Assembly: GCA_973895155.1 (NCBI GenBank)
Contig: OZ316895.1
Location: forward strand, 7,924,184-7,988,183
DNA: 64,000 nt
Direction: 5' to 3'
From: Marsupella aquatica
Lineage: Eukaryota; Plantae; Marchantiophyta
Shown: positions 50,534-61,400 of the stretch, in pieces
Layout: the number at the start of each line of letters is the position of its first letter
Position numbering within the stretch: position 1 is the first letter of the stretch
Translations under genes and position numbers: made by a program
Notes under the pieces: generated by a model
Told to the model about the DNA's origin: nothing
Databases searched by the model: none
The model's input: the letters and a program-made list of their open reading frames with translations, nothing else

Positions 50534-52787
50534 TGGGTCCAGAAGAAGCTCTCAGGAGTCTGCTAGACTTGTCTACACGGCTGTTCTCTTGTCAGTTTGA
50601 AATCTTACAAAGGCGTGGTACTACATAATGATTCAATGGTAGCGAACCCAAAAGACATATATAGGACGGTAGATGCTAGACTCTCGTGCCCAGATACCTT
50701 GATCCGAAATGAGAATAAATTGAGCTCAGTATGCCTGTAATCCTCAGTGCTTCATGAACAATTAGGTAACTCCGGGGGTGACTCCCATGCCCTGGCTTCT
50801 TATATCATTGCTCGAGGATTGAGCTTGCTTCGATCCATCGTTGACGTGAGAAAATTGTACGCTTCATTAGTTTTAATTCACAATAAACAATCTAGACCAC
50901 CCTACTGTAATTATTTCCGCGATTTCACACAATCAGAATGGAAAAATAAGAGAGAAATACTTCAGAGAAACTCGATAGCTAGTGTCCCCGTGAGAAGATG
51001 GAAGATCGAGACGACTGTATTTTACAACTAGGTTGACTGGTACGTAAAACCATAGTTTGATCAATCATGTATCAATTTCACACTAAACAGCTTGAGCAGG
51101 GGCCGTTTATTCTTTTCTTTACTAACTTATCTTTCTTAAAATCGAGACCCATGTGGTGTAGATTCTACGGAGTAGCATTTAACCCATGTGGTTAGATCGC
51201 ATTACAGTATGGGATTTGCTACCTGCAGTGATTGTGATCGATGCGGGGACAATGGACGCATCATGGCATTAATTTGAAAACGATTTGAAGAACGCGCTTA
51301 CAAGCTAGGGTAGCTGTGATGGTGGGTCCTTCGAGATTAAGGGGCGGTCAAGGGTACATACAATAGCTAGCGCTCACCATCACCGTAACAATCGAAAGAA
51401 ACGCGATGAAGACCTCTCAGAGTTGAGTGACCTCAAATCTCGAGTCCTGCAGGCAACACAATCGAGCATTGATATATGTACAATCATTGACACATGGATC
51501 GTTTTGGACATGGCCGACCTGACCATCTTGATGTTTTCGGTCTATAATTAGTTTAATTAGTACATCGAATATGCTGCCACTGACTGACACAAGGGGATGC
51601 GGAATGTAACGAGCATCACGTACTCCACATCGGTCCATCGCCATCGATAAAATTAATGGCAGCTCAATCCAGCTCCTCGAGCAGTGCACACAATATCACC
51701 TGATTGCACAGAGCTCTATCTTCCGACATCTCATCGCACTGTAAAATCTCTCTCCCGGCAGCTAGAGCGCTGCTGTTGCGCTGCTTTCCAGCTTTGGGCG
51801 TCACGAAATGTATGTATTCCGATACTGACCGCTCTACGGCGACAACAGCGATAACAAATTCCCTGGGACAGCGATTTGGGCCCCCCGAGGGGAAACATCG
51901 TGGCACGTTGGGGGCCTGCAAAACATCGACTTCGTTCCATTAATTATGTCAATGGAGATACAGTCAGGTTCCCGTGTTTTTGTTAGGCAATCGCCAGGGC
52001 CTGGTCACAATCATTCTAGTTGTATTGAGGACGAAAAATTCAATATTTCCCATCGAGGTTTGATTCGAGAAATCGAAAGGTAATATTTGCTTCGGAAATT
52101 TGACCCCAATCGTTTTTGAGTCTCGGCACGTAGACTCTGCGGAAGACGACATCCTTTGACCACTTGAGGTTGCTAGAATTTCACTTCCGTTATTCTTGTC
52201 GTACCACATTTCGAGCATGCTTAGCCTCTTGCCATTCTCCTCCTGCCTAAGGAAGTGGGAGCTGCCATTGGAGGGTCTTGGAGAAACCCCACCCTGAAGT
52301 TGGAGTATTAAGAATTTAGATATATAATTAGTCCCAGTGACATGATTGTGAAACCACGGTCTTCTATCTTTTCAAACCACAAGCCAAATACCGACGTATG
52401 TCAGAGCCCTGTAACATGAGGGGGAGGGAGACACATGGAAGGGACCACTTCGCAAAGTGTGCAAACCCCCACTTGTGCATCCAGAAGCATGCTCCACATG
52501 TTATTGATAGTGTTCGATGGTGCCGAAGGAGACATATGTCAGATGGGCTTGCCCTTGGAAGCAGTATGTATATTACAAACAAAGTCAGGGTAGAATCCGG
52601 GAGAGGTGCATCTATGTGGGCCACTACAAAGATTGACCAATTCCTTCCTACCAGCAAACTTAGACCTTTGATTTGCCCCTCGATATATATGCAGATTCAA
52701 TTCATCAGCAACTTGGATCTTCAATTTCTCCATCGATATGCATGAGAATCTGCGTTTCTGGGATTGTTATGAAAGTCTTTGAAAGAT

Positions 52788-52857
52788 CTTTCATTAAGAA
52801 TTGAGAGAAATACAGATTTCAACTTTCATTAAGAATTGACAGACATACACATTTCAA
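52788..52857. repeat. Tandem duplication, 35-bp unit x2
   Basis: ctttcattaagaattga(g/c)aga(a/c)ataca(g/c)atttcaa occurs twice. Confidence 0.8.
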
Positions 52858-53149
52858 AAGACTACGTTCTCTTGTTTCTTGTAACATTTCACTCTGAATG
52901 ATGTAATGTTATTAATCTCAGCATAGGAGAGAGTTTCAATCCTTTCCATCCTGGTTGCTCAAGTCCACATCCAAGCACTTTCGAAACCGAGGTCCACCAA
53001 CAAAACATGTTAGCAGAGGACATACCTCCACCTTCTGGCCTTTTGTCCCTACTCTGGTGTTTCCCTTGCGGTCACCAGTTTGTCCCTGTCTTTGTGAATG
53101 GAATTCAAAAAAAAATTTCAAGACCAAAATATAAATTATATCTCTAACA

Positions 53150-53494
53150 TGTTAGTATTTACTCTTAAGTCTAGAGTTACGACTGTATTGTAGTTAAGGT
53201 TAACCTTAGTCGCAGACTTGGTTAGGTTAGTCATGCTGTGTACACTCTATACCCAAGCGGTGTTTGCTTGGAGAGTGAGAACTCATGCTCATTGTTACGG
53301 AGCTAGTTGAGAGATAAAGAGAGCTTGCGCTGAGGATGCTTGGGATGGCCGGTCAACCTAGAGTGCAGTAAAGCTCATGTGTGTTCCCGTGGACGTAGCC
53401 TCATGTGGAGGTGCACCACGTATCGTTTTGTGTCGACTCTTGTGCGTTGGATGGTTCATGGGCTTATCGTTACGATTGTCGTTTATACTCAACA
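53150..53494 (+). mobile_element. Solo LTR of the same family as the decayed copia at 12.2-16 kb
   Basis: Runs tgttagtattt...tactcaaca and is the full-length reverse-complement homolog of 12258-12601. Flanks taaca/caaca give a 4/5 TSD match, and no internal domain is adjacent. Confidence 0.88.
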
Positions 53495-54448
53495 CAACAG
53501 ATGGAAGCATGGATCCTAACTTTAGTAGTGTACTTATAGTTTACCAATTGATAAAGCACTTCCAAAACTGGTTCATGAAACCTGGTTCCAACCCCCCTAA
53601 ACCTCACCTGCCTGCCCGCAACAAAACATTTAAAGAGATTTTATTTTAATCAAAACAAAATTGAAAAACAAAACAAATAAAACAAAAGAGAAGAGAAGAG
53701 AACAGAAGAGAAAAATAAATCAAGTAAGAGTTTTCCCCCTCTTGTGAGATCATGATTGGACTCATGATTGGACTCTGCCATGCTGCCGCTGGTGTAACCT
53801 ATCTTGGGTCCCCCCATTTTTGCCCTCACCCTCCCTTAGTACTGGGCTTGTGCACTCATTCTTGATATATATTGCACTGCCAAAAAGACAGGGACGCCAA
53901 ACCAGGAGACATGGTCCCAATGGCTAAAAAACCCAATAAAGGGGGTGAAGCAAACATTTGTCTTGACAACATGACCAGGATGATCACATGCTTGCACTGA
54001 CAGGTAAGGTGTAAGTTTCAACAACTTCATTGTCTCGCTTGTATGTTTTGCCTTGCTTTGACATCTTCTATATAATGCACAAGCATTAGGCTCATAAATC
54101 ATTATTTCTTTGATAACAACATTTGTCGCATGGGCATTGGACTACCTAGGCATAATTTCTTTAATAACATACTTTTTGGATAGCTAGACTATGCATGTGA
54201 GTAGGGGGGTACACGGGGAATCTGAGTACTCACACCTCTTTGGGCTAGTAAAAAATGGAGAAACTGCAATGTTTCATAAATTGCAGGCGGCTGAGCTTTT
54301 TCACAAGTTCAAGGATTACTTCATAAATTGCAGGCAGCTGAGATTTGTCACGAGCTCAGGAATTACTGCTAATAACCCCTCTACAATGAGCAGAATTAAA
54401 CCCTAAAACTGGCCTACAGAAGCAAGCTAGCTGTGGAGAACAACTGTG

Positions 54449-55221
54449 GTCCCATGGAACCAGTACTTGCTCATCTCATTCCATTTCTCTAACACATAAG
54501 GAGTGGGGACGGCTCCCTGCTGCGCTTATGCCTTACTTCTTCTGGCTTTTTGGCCTAAATTTTGGTTGTCCCCCCTTGATTGGGTCTTTTGTGGGTGGTT
54601 TCATGTCTTCCCAGATGGGCTCCTTTAAGGCATTTTGCAGTTTGATATAATTACAGAAAGGTCTTGGATTCCCTTATTTGTCTAGCTCACCTATGGTCCC
54701 ATGGAACCAGTACTTCCCCCTTCTCATTCCTATACTCTAAGACATGGGGATGGGCTCCTTTTGTTTTTTGCTTTTTGTTATATAGAAACATACAACATAG
54801 TGCCCAAGGGCAGAAAACTCCTAATGTGGAGACATGATCCCAAAGGCCAAGGAACCCAATGAAGGGGAGGAAAAGAGGGAAATGGGCCCCAAGAAAAACA
54901 AGCCAAGGGGTCCCCAATCAAAAGCCAACAAAGAAACAAAGACCAAAAAGTAACCAACATAGGAGCCGTGAATCTAACACTCTATTGAGCGAGGAGAACT
55001 GAAAGGCCTGATAGAGCTCTAGAATAAACTACATAGAAGGGTCAAGAAACAGAGAACTGAAAGGCTTGATAGAGCTATGGCATAAACTGCATAGAAGGGT
55101 CAAGAAACAGAACCGGCCCTATAGAAAGGTCTTGGATTCTCTCCTCGTCTAAAGCACCTATGGTCCCATGGAACAAGTAGCATTCCTATTCTCTGCAACA
55201 TGGGAAGTGGGGACGGCTCCC
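54449..55221. repeat. Three dispersed 70-100-bp direct repeats (about 54449, 54655, 55122) plus a 58-bp tandem duplication (54994-55109)
   Basis: The core ggtcccatggaac(c/a)agta..cattcc..ggctcc recurs three times; copies 2 and 3 also share agaaaggtcttggattc. The unit gagaactgaaaggc..gtcaagaaaca occurs twice in tandem. Confidence 0.8.
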
Positions 55222-55322
55222 AATGCTAACTCATGAAACCCCGTCCGGATTGTTTCTTGCACGACGAGGAAAGAAGCGGTGTACAGAATCAATATTGTGA
55301 GTGTTCACCTCGTAAGACAGTC

Positions 55323-56099
55323 ATGGCTAATTCCACATTGCCGCAGCTCTGTGGCTCTGGTCCTTCAAGGACATTGCCACAGCTCTGGTGCTGCCATGGC
55401 GAGAATAATTGTGATGGCATTGTGGGTACCCGAAGATTACGATTGCTACGGAAGGTGCAGCAGTTTCCACAGCGAATTGCTGGGCGCCCACCCTTTCGTG
55501 AATTGAGAGCCTCGTGCTCCAGTGCTGACTCGCAGGACAGCCATGGAGTTAGAGCTGACGCAGGGCAATGTGGGCGAAGGGACATTGGGATGGCATCAGT
55601 GGCGTTTTGCCTGTTTACTTTCTCGAACAGCAAGAGCGAGGACGCACAGGCTGGTGGGCTGGACAAGTACCTGAAGAAGAAGAAATTGGACCCCCTGGAC
55701 ACTTATGTCCCCACTGTGCTGCTAGCTCAAACGCAGTTTCAGGAGGTGGATGGGAAGCTAGAAGGGGGTGAGCAGAAGACGTATGCGGATGCTCGGTCGT
55801 TGCTGCGCACTGGTCCTGCCGCCTCTCTTCGGACCGATATCCGTGCAGTTGCCCAGTATGCCGCAGAAACGGGGAATGAGGACGGCACTGCTGCTGTGGA
55901 TCAGTGTCTCAGTGCTTTGGAGGATTTGGACTCTCTTCTGCTGCAGGCGTCGAGATCAAGTGGAGCTCCAATTGAGAGGATGAAGAAGGATCTCACCATG
56001 ACTGTTAGCGCTCTGGATAGGCTTCTGGCAACCGTTCCGACGGAGATTTTAGAAAAATCTAAAGCCATCGCAGAGGCATACAAAGAATCCAGTTACTAG
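55323..56099 (+). CDS. Conserved plant protein of unknown function, probably plastid/thylakoid-targeted (DUF7880-like helical bundle); intronless
   Basis: Transit-peptide-like N-terminus with RRD..hydrophobic..AQA (Tat-like), then LDKYLKKKKLDPLDTYVP..LLRTGPAASLRTDIRAVAQYA..CLSALEDLDSLLLQASR..ALDRLLATVP, which I recognise from land-plant homologs. The start could be 55233 or 55323. Confidence 0.8.
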   Translation: MANSTLPQLCGSGPSRTLPQLWCCHGENNCDGIVGTRRLRLLRKVQQFPQRIAGRPPFRELRASCSSADSQDSHGVRADAGQCGRRDIGMASVAFCLFTFSNSKSEDAQAGGLDKYLKKKKLDPLDTYVPTVLLAQTQFQEVDGKLEGGEQKTYADARSLLRTGPAASLRTDIRAVAQYAAETGNEDGTAAVDQCLSALEDLDSLLLQASRSSGAPIERMKKDLTMTVSALDRLLATVPTEILEKSKAIAEAYKESSY

Positions 56100-58464
56100 G
56101 ATACCACCACATGGTCATCTTGTACACCAATTTGTAGCTGCCAGTCACTGGCCAATGTTTTGGCAAGGTCTGAATTGATAATTCTGCATGGAAAACATCT
56201 CTCCTAGTGCATCTGCCTTGCTATTTTCCTGTCAGGGAAGGTAAAGCTCTTCTCGCTGAGTAGATAGAGTTGTACACTTGTACAGCGGTTTCTATTGAAA
56301 CCTTCGTTTCACCATGAATTTCTTTTTCCTTTTGTAATCAACGGCACTTCCGGAATTACGACATAAGTAACAAGTTTTACCGGGTCAGACCACATTCAAT
56401 TGTCTCTTCCATTTGCCAATCCTGTGTTTTCCATTGCTGGGTACTCCAGATTGGAATGTACAGTAGGTTCAAGGTTTTCAGCAGGTTCGAGTTGTGCCGA
56501 TTACTCCCTGAATGTTCCGTTGAGGAGTCTCTTCACTGTTAATTGTCTTTGTCTGTCCTTGAAAGCAATATATCAGTCTCTCCTCCGATATGGAGCAATG
56601 AATCCTCTGCTGACTTAAGAAGCTGGGGATAATGTCCTAGTGCCTGTGAATATCACATCTTGCGGAGGAGATTGCCATGAATAAATAGATGTGAAATGCT
56701 GGGTTCTAATGCCCTTACTCTGCACACAAAGACATCCTGAGCGGGAACTAACTTCTCTTCAAGCCCACGATACAAGCTCCTCTTAGTTATGCTGAAATTT
56801 GTCATCATTGAGATTTTGATCTTCCTGCATCCCATTTTCCAAGTGTCTGCTACTCTTTTTGAATGTCCGCCTTGTCAGGCTTGATACACAGGGAAAGCTC
56901 ATGCTATACTTTTGACAGGTACCAGATCGGTAGACATGTCATAGAACCAACCTTCCTATCTCGCCGTGATACATTTGTCCCTGCGACACAACCGCCGATT
57001 TTCTCTTTAGGATGGATTTTCCAAGTGAAGAATATACAGAGGTTCGACATATTCAATCCGAATCGAATCACCTAATGCACAAGTAATCCCGTGAATAAAT
57101 AACGATCGAATTTGAAGTATAAAACGCTTGTACATTGTCCCACCCTATCCAAGCCCCACAAACAGTAGCGACATCTGATCATTGATCAAGCCCCCGTCAA
57201 GCTGCCATAGCTCGATACTGGTCAAAATCCTTTGCCAGATCAGTCTGGAATACTACTTCAGCTCCACAGTTCCACACATGTAATTATATCAGCAAATAGT
57301 ACGCAGACAACCTCTGGGATTCGAGCTGGAAGAGTTAAAGTTAAAATGGCCGCTGTTCACTCAAACTTGTGTCATGGTCCGGTGTACAAAAGGAAACTCC
57401 GCCGCAGAAAACAGAAATCACAATATTCAGTTTGGCGTATCCTTTTGAGCAAACTGAGGGCTAGGATGACATGATGCCCCGTGTCATGCAGCTTGTCCCT
57501 CACTTATAAAATAAATCTCGATCGTATCTAGACAGACAGATGATTGTGCTTAAGAAGTCATGCTGTTCTCTTTATTGAGGATTACAAATGGACAAAATCC
57601 GTACCATCAAACTGCTTGCAGTGCGTAATATCGATACTTCGGATCCAATGGCACAGAACATTCTAACACAAACTTTAAATCAATTGCTCCGTAGCTACGA
57701 TACACCTAGAATGATTGTAAGGAAAAGCCTTAGTGAGAACTTCGTCGTTTCTTTAAAATATATGGCCTCTGTACAAGTGAACATCCTCGGACAGTGTTTG
57801 CACCAGCTTTATCAATACTGACAATTTATAAACATTCCCGTACAGAAGCGTTCACATGGAATTCGTTCCGCAAAAGTCACAATATTCCTGAAACACCTGC
57901 ACGACCCACAATGTTTTTTTAATGAGTAACTCCATTACGCGAACTCATTCATAGCCTAACCCACGTGTCCCTGCAAACTAGAGCAGTTCAACTATACGCA
58001 TCACATAAGTAAACGTCATAACGGCACAGGTGGTCACTTCCAATCATTCTTGCTCTAAAAGCATTTCAAACAACTGGTGCTGATGATTTGAAGTAACCCA
58101 TTTAAACGTTTATGAAAAATCTCCAGTGGACCTTGAAATTACTGCCTTCTCTTCTAGAACGGACGGGATATTCAAAAGCCCTCAGGATGCGAATCCACGA
58201 GCCCCCATGTCGATGCCCTGCAAACCTTCGATTTCAATTCCACACAGCAAAATCAATGTTTCCTGAGTCTATCAAGCAGACAGATTGCTAGAGTGTGACT
58301 CCTTTCGCAAGAGAGATCAGTCAATAATACAATACTTAAAAATAATTCAAGGGAAATTTCTAAACCCTTTTCCTAAGTACAGATTGAAATTGACTGTGTT
58401 GCTACCTTGCCGGGAAATAACTCAGATTCGTCTTGATGAGGCGGGATCCGTGAAGCTAGTCACT

Positions 58465-61400
58465 TCACCATACGGAATTGTGAGTTTGGAAAAGACTGCT
58501 TGGAGATGCAATCTCCACAATATGCTCCTCCTCATCTGATTCCCCACTGGAATCTCCAGGTCGGACCTTTACGCGAAGCTTACGACGCAAAAGTGAAGGG
58601 GCAGTTGGCACCAAGTCTGTGTGACTGCGAGCTTTCCTATGATCAGTGACAGTATTCTCAGTTCTTGGAGCTGGTGCTAAAGTGTGTGCAGATGCAAACC
58701 GCCGTGACACAGATCTTCTCGCGAGTGCTGAGTATGATAGGCTCGGAGCGCTATTCTTTCCCAACAGATTCTGGAGGCTGTATCCACTCATCCCCCTTTC
58801 CAATATATTTACCTGTTCCAGTGTGCGAAAGGTCAGGTATGGCAATAGATAGACAATAAACAACCCAAAGTACGTATACTACCACTGTACCGCTATACAA
58901 TTTATACAACCTCCGGAAGGCTGCATATCAAGTAGATTACCATGCTTGAACAGCCTCAAACACGTTATCTATTAGGACTTTAAATCATCGCTATCTATTA
59001 GCTCAGCAGCTTCACCTTACTGCCATAAAGGCTCAGCTCCATTGCTCTGGCAGAATAGCTGGCAGATTGATCTTCTAGAGTTTTCGAAGATTTCAAACTG
59101 GATCTGGATGCTGCATCAACCAATCGGCCTTGGGAATTGCAATACTTAGAGGGAAACCGCAGTAAGGAACCATGCTCTCCGAACTGTGGGGAAAGAATTG
59201 AAGTCATAGATGGAACAGACGTAACAGAGCGGACTGACTGAAGGTCAAGGAGAAGAACACGAGCACGAGCTTCCGCAAGATAGATTAAACTTTGTGGTAT
59301 CAAGTTACTGGCCCTACTACCTGCAAATTTTAGGGCAGAGACCACGAAAACGATGTCAAGCATCAGTCATGGGCACTATTCACAGAAAGGGTCATGAAGG
59401 GTTTGATTATCAACCCGAATACTTACGTACTACGTGTTCATAATTATTGCAGACAAAGATGAGTACAGAATTTCTATACGATTGGACTTCTGGCGTACGT
59501 CAACGATGAATGATGGTTGCTCTTCTTATGCTAACTGCTGCCCGAAATTCCAATTTTCTCTCTGATGCTTGATGCTTAAAAAAGCTCGGAAACGTGATGG
59601 CTCACTAGCCAAAAGGATTAATACTTCCTCTTGTGAAACTTCCCGTCCTTCATGGTCATTTCTCTCTATTCTATCTCAAAGAAGTAGAAAGATTATCACT
59701 GCTGATTTCGTATAGAAATCAGACAATATATTTCAACGACAGAATGTGAATCGTTCCTCAGATCTTTAGAGCCTCAACAAACTCCTTGCGAAAGGAAACC
59801 ATACCTCTGTGTGCTACCTCCAGCACCTGACTAAACAAACCAGCAGGAGCACCGATAACGTCATTTTTATCCTCCTGCTTCACAAATCCTTCCAATAAGA
59901 TTCCTATCTTGCCATGTTCCACCTCTATCACTTCTCCGCGAATATACGTGCGCATATCAGAACCCTCCACCATAAATGCGCGGAGCTCTTGCATTGTCAC
60001 CGTTTCAAAGTGCTGTGGAATAACCAACTTGGCAATCACAAGTGCACTTTCCTGCAAACCCACATTGTCATTTAGTTCCAGAAGTAGAAAACGCCCACAT
60101 ACAATACATTGCGAAATTAAGGATACGTATTCTGAGCAAACGAGCGGTCCAGTACAATACAAAACGGGTAGGCTTCATCAACATCAACGCGAGCCTTCTC
60201 GTAAACATTTAAAAAGACCCCGTGACGTCTTGCATGCTCAAAACAAGCTGACATTCATGTTCTTTCCATTATTCATTATTTCCAGGTGAGTTCCAACAGT
60301 CAGAAAACAGCTACGAGCTTCCACGCCCCTTCAAATCACTGTAGTCTATGGGATAGTGAACAAAAGAGAAGAGTAACTGGACAGATTTAGTGATAAGATG
60401 TGACACCTGCCAAAAGAATTCCTCTAGTTCTTCGTCCGCATGTATAGCTGCCATAAGCTTTTCAGTTTCAATATAGAAACAATGCACCACTGAATCTGCC
60501 GTCATACTGCAAAGTCGCGGCTTGCCAGTCAATGCTTCATAGAGGCCCAACGTACTACCATGTGAAAATATTGGGTGCAGCATATTTCGATCCCTGTACT
60601 TTTCACCAGTCCACTGTAACCAAACAAAGATATTCAGATTACAGCACGTTAATCATGCTACACACATGTCATCCTCTCAATATATAGAAAGAGAGGGAGA
60701 GAGCAAGATAGTTGAAGAGAGCAATCGTAGAGTCTAAAGCGGTTTGTTCCTAGCATGGACAACCCAGGTACAACGAAGACAAAGAAGTTACCTTGACATT
60801 TCCATTAACAATAAACCATACACCGTCGGCCCTTGCATCCTCTCCATACAGGATATTATCTCTAAATAGCATGATTTCGTTGGCACTACTCAAGAGCCTA
60901 CCCTGGACTGCAGCTGGAAGTGCTCCAAAGAAAGGATGATTTTTCAGTGCGTCAAAAGCTGAGGGCATCTGAACCATAGGTGGGTCTCTGTGCAGCTTCT
61001 TCAAATCAGCCTTCATCATCAGGAAACGTACAGATGTACAGATCTGTCAGTCAGGACTCGGTCATATGTTCTTCTCCAACCCTCAGGCACCGAGAAGAGT
61101 AAATCGAAATTCGAAGTATATCCTGAGCATCTACAGACCCAGCTACGAAAGCCTTATCAAGGTTATCAAGGATTTCTAAAAAAACATGCCTGGATGTTCA
61201 CCGTTCACCATCACAAAGAAACCCAATTTCAGGTTCAGGTATGTTTCCATGACACACCTGGACAATGTCGTGAAGATGAGTTGTCTCCTTTCCTTCCAAA
61301 AGGCCTGCCTCGTCCAGGCTTGTGACATATGTACTTAAATGTAACAGAATTGCGTATGTCACCTGCTTAGTTTTTATAACTCGCAACACCTACACAAGAA

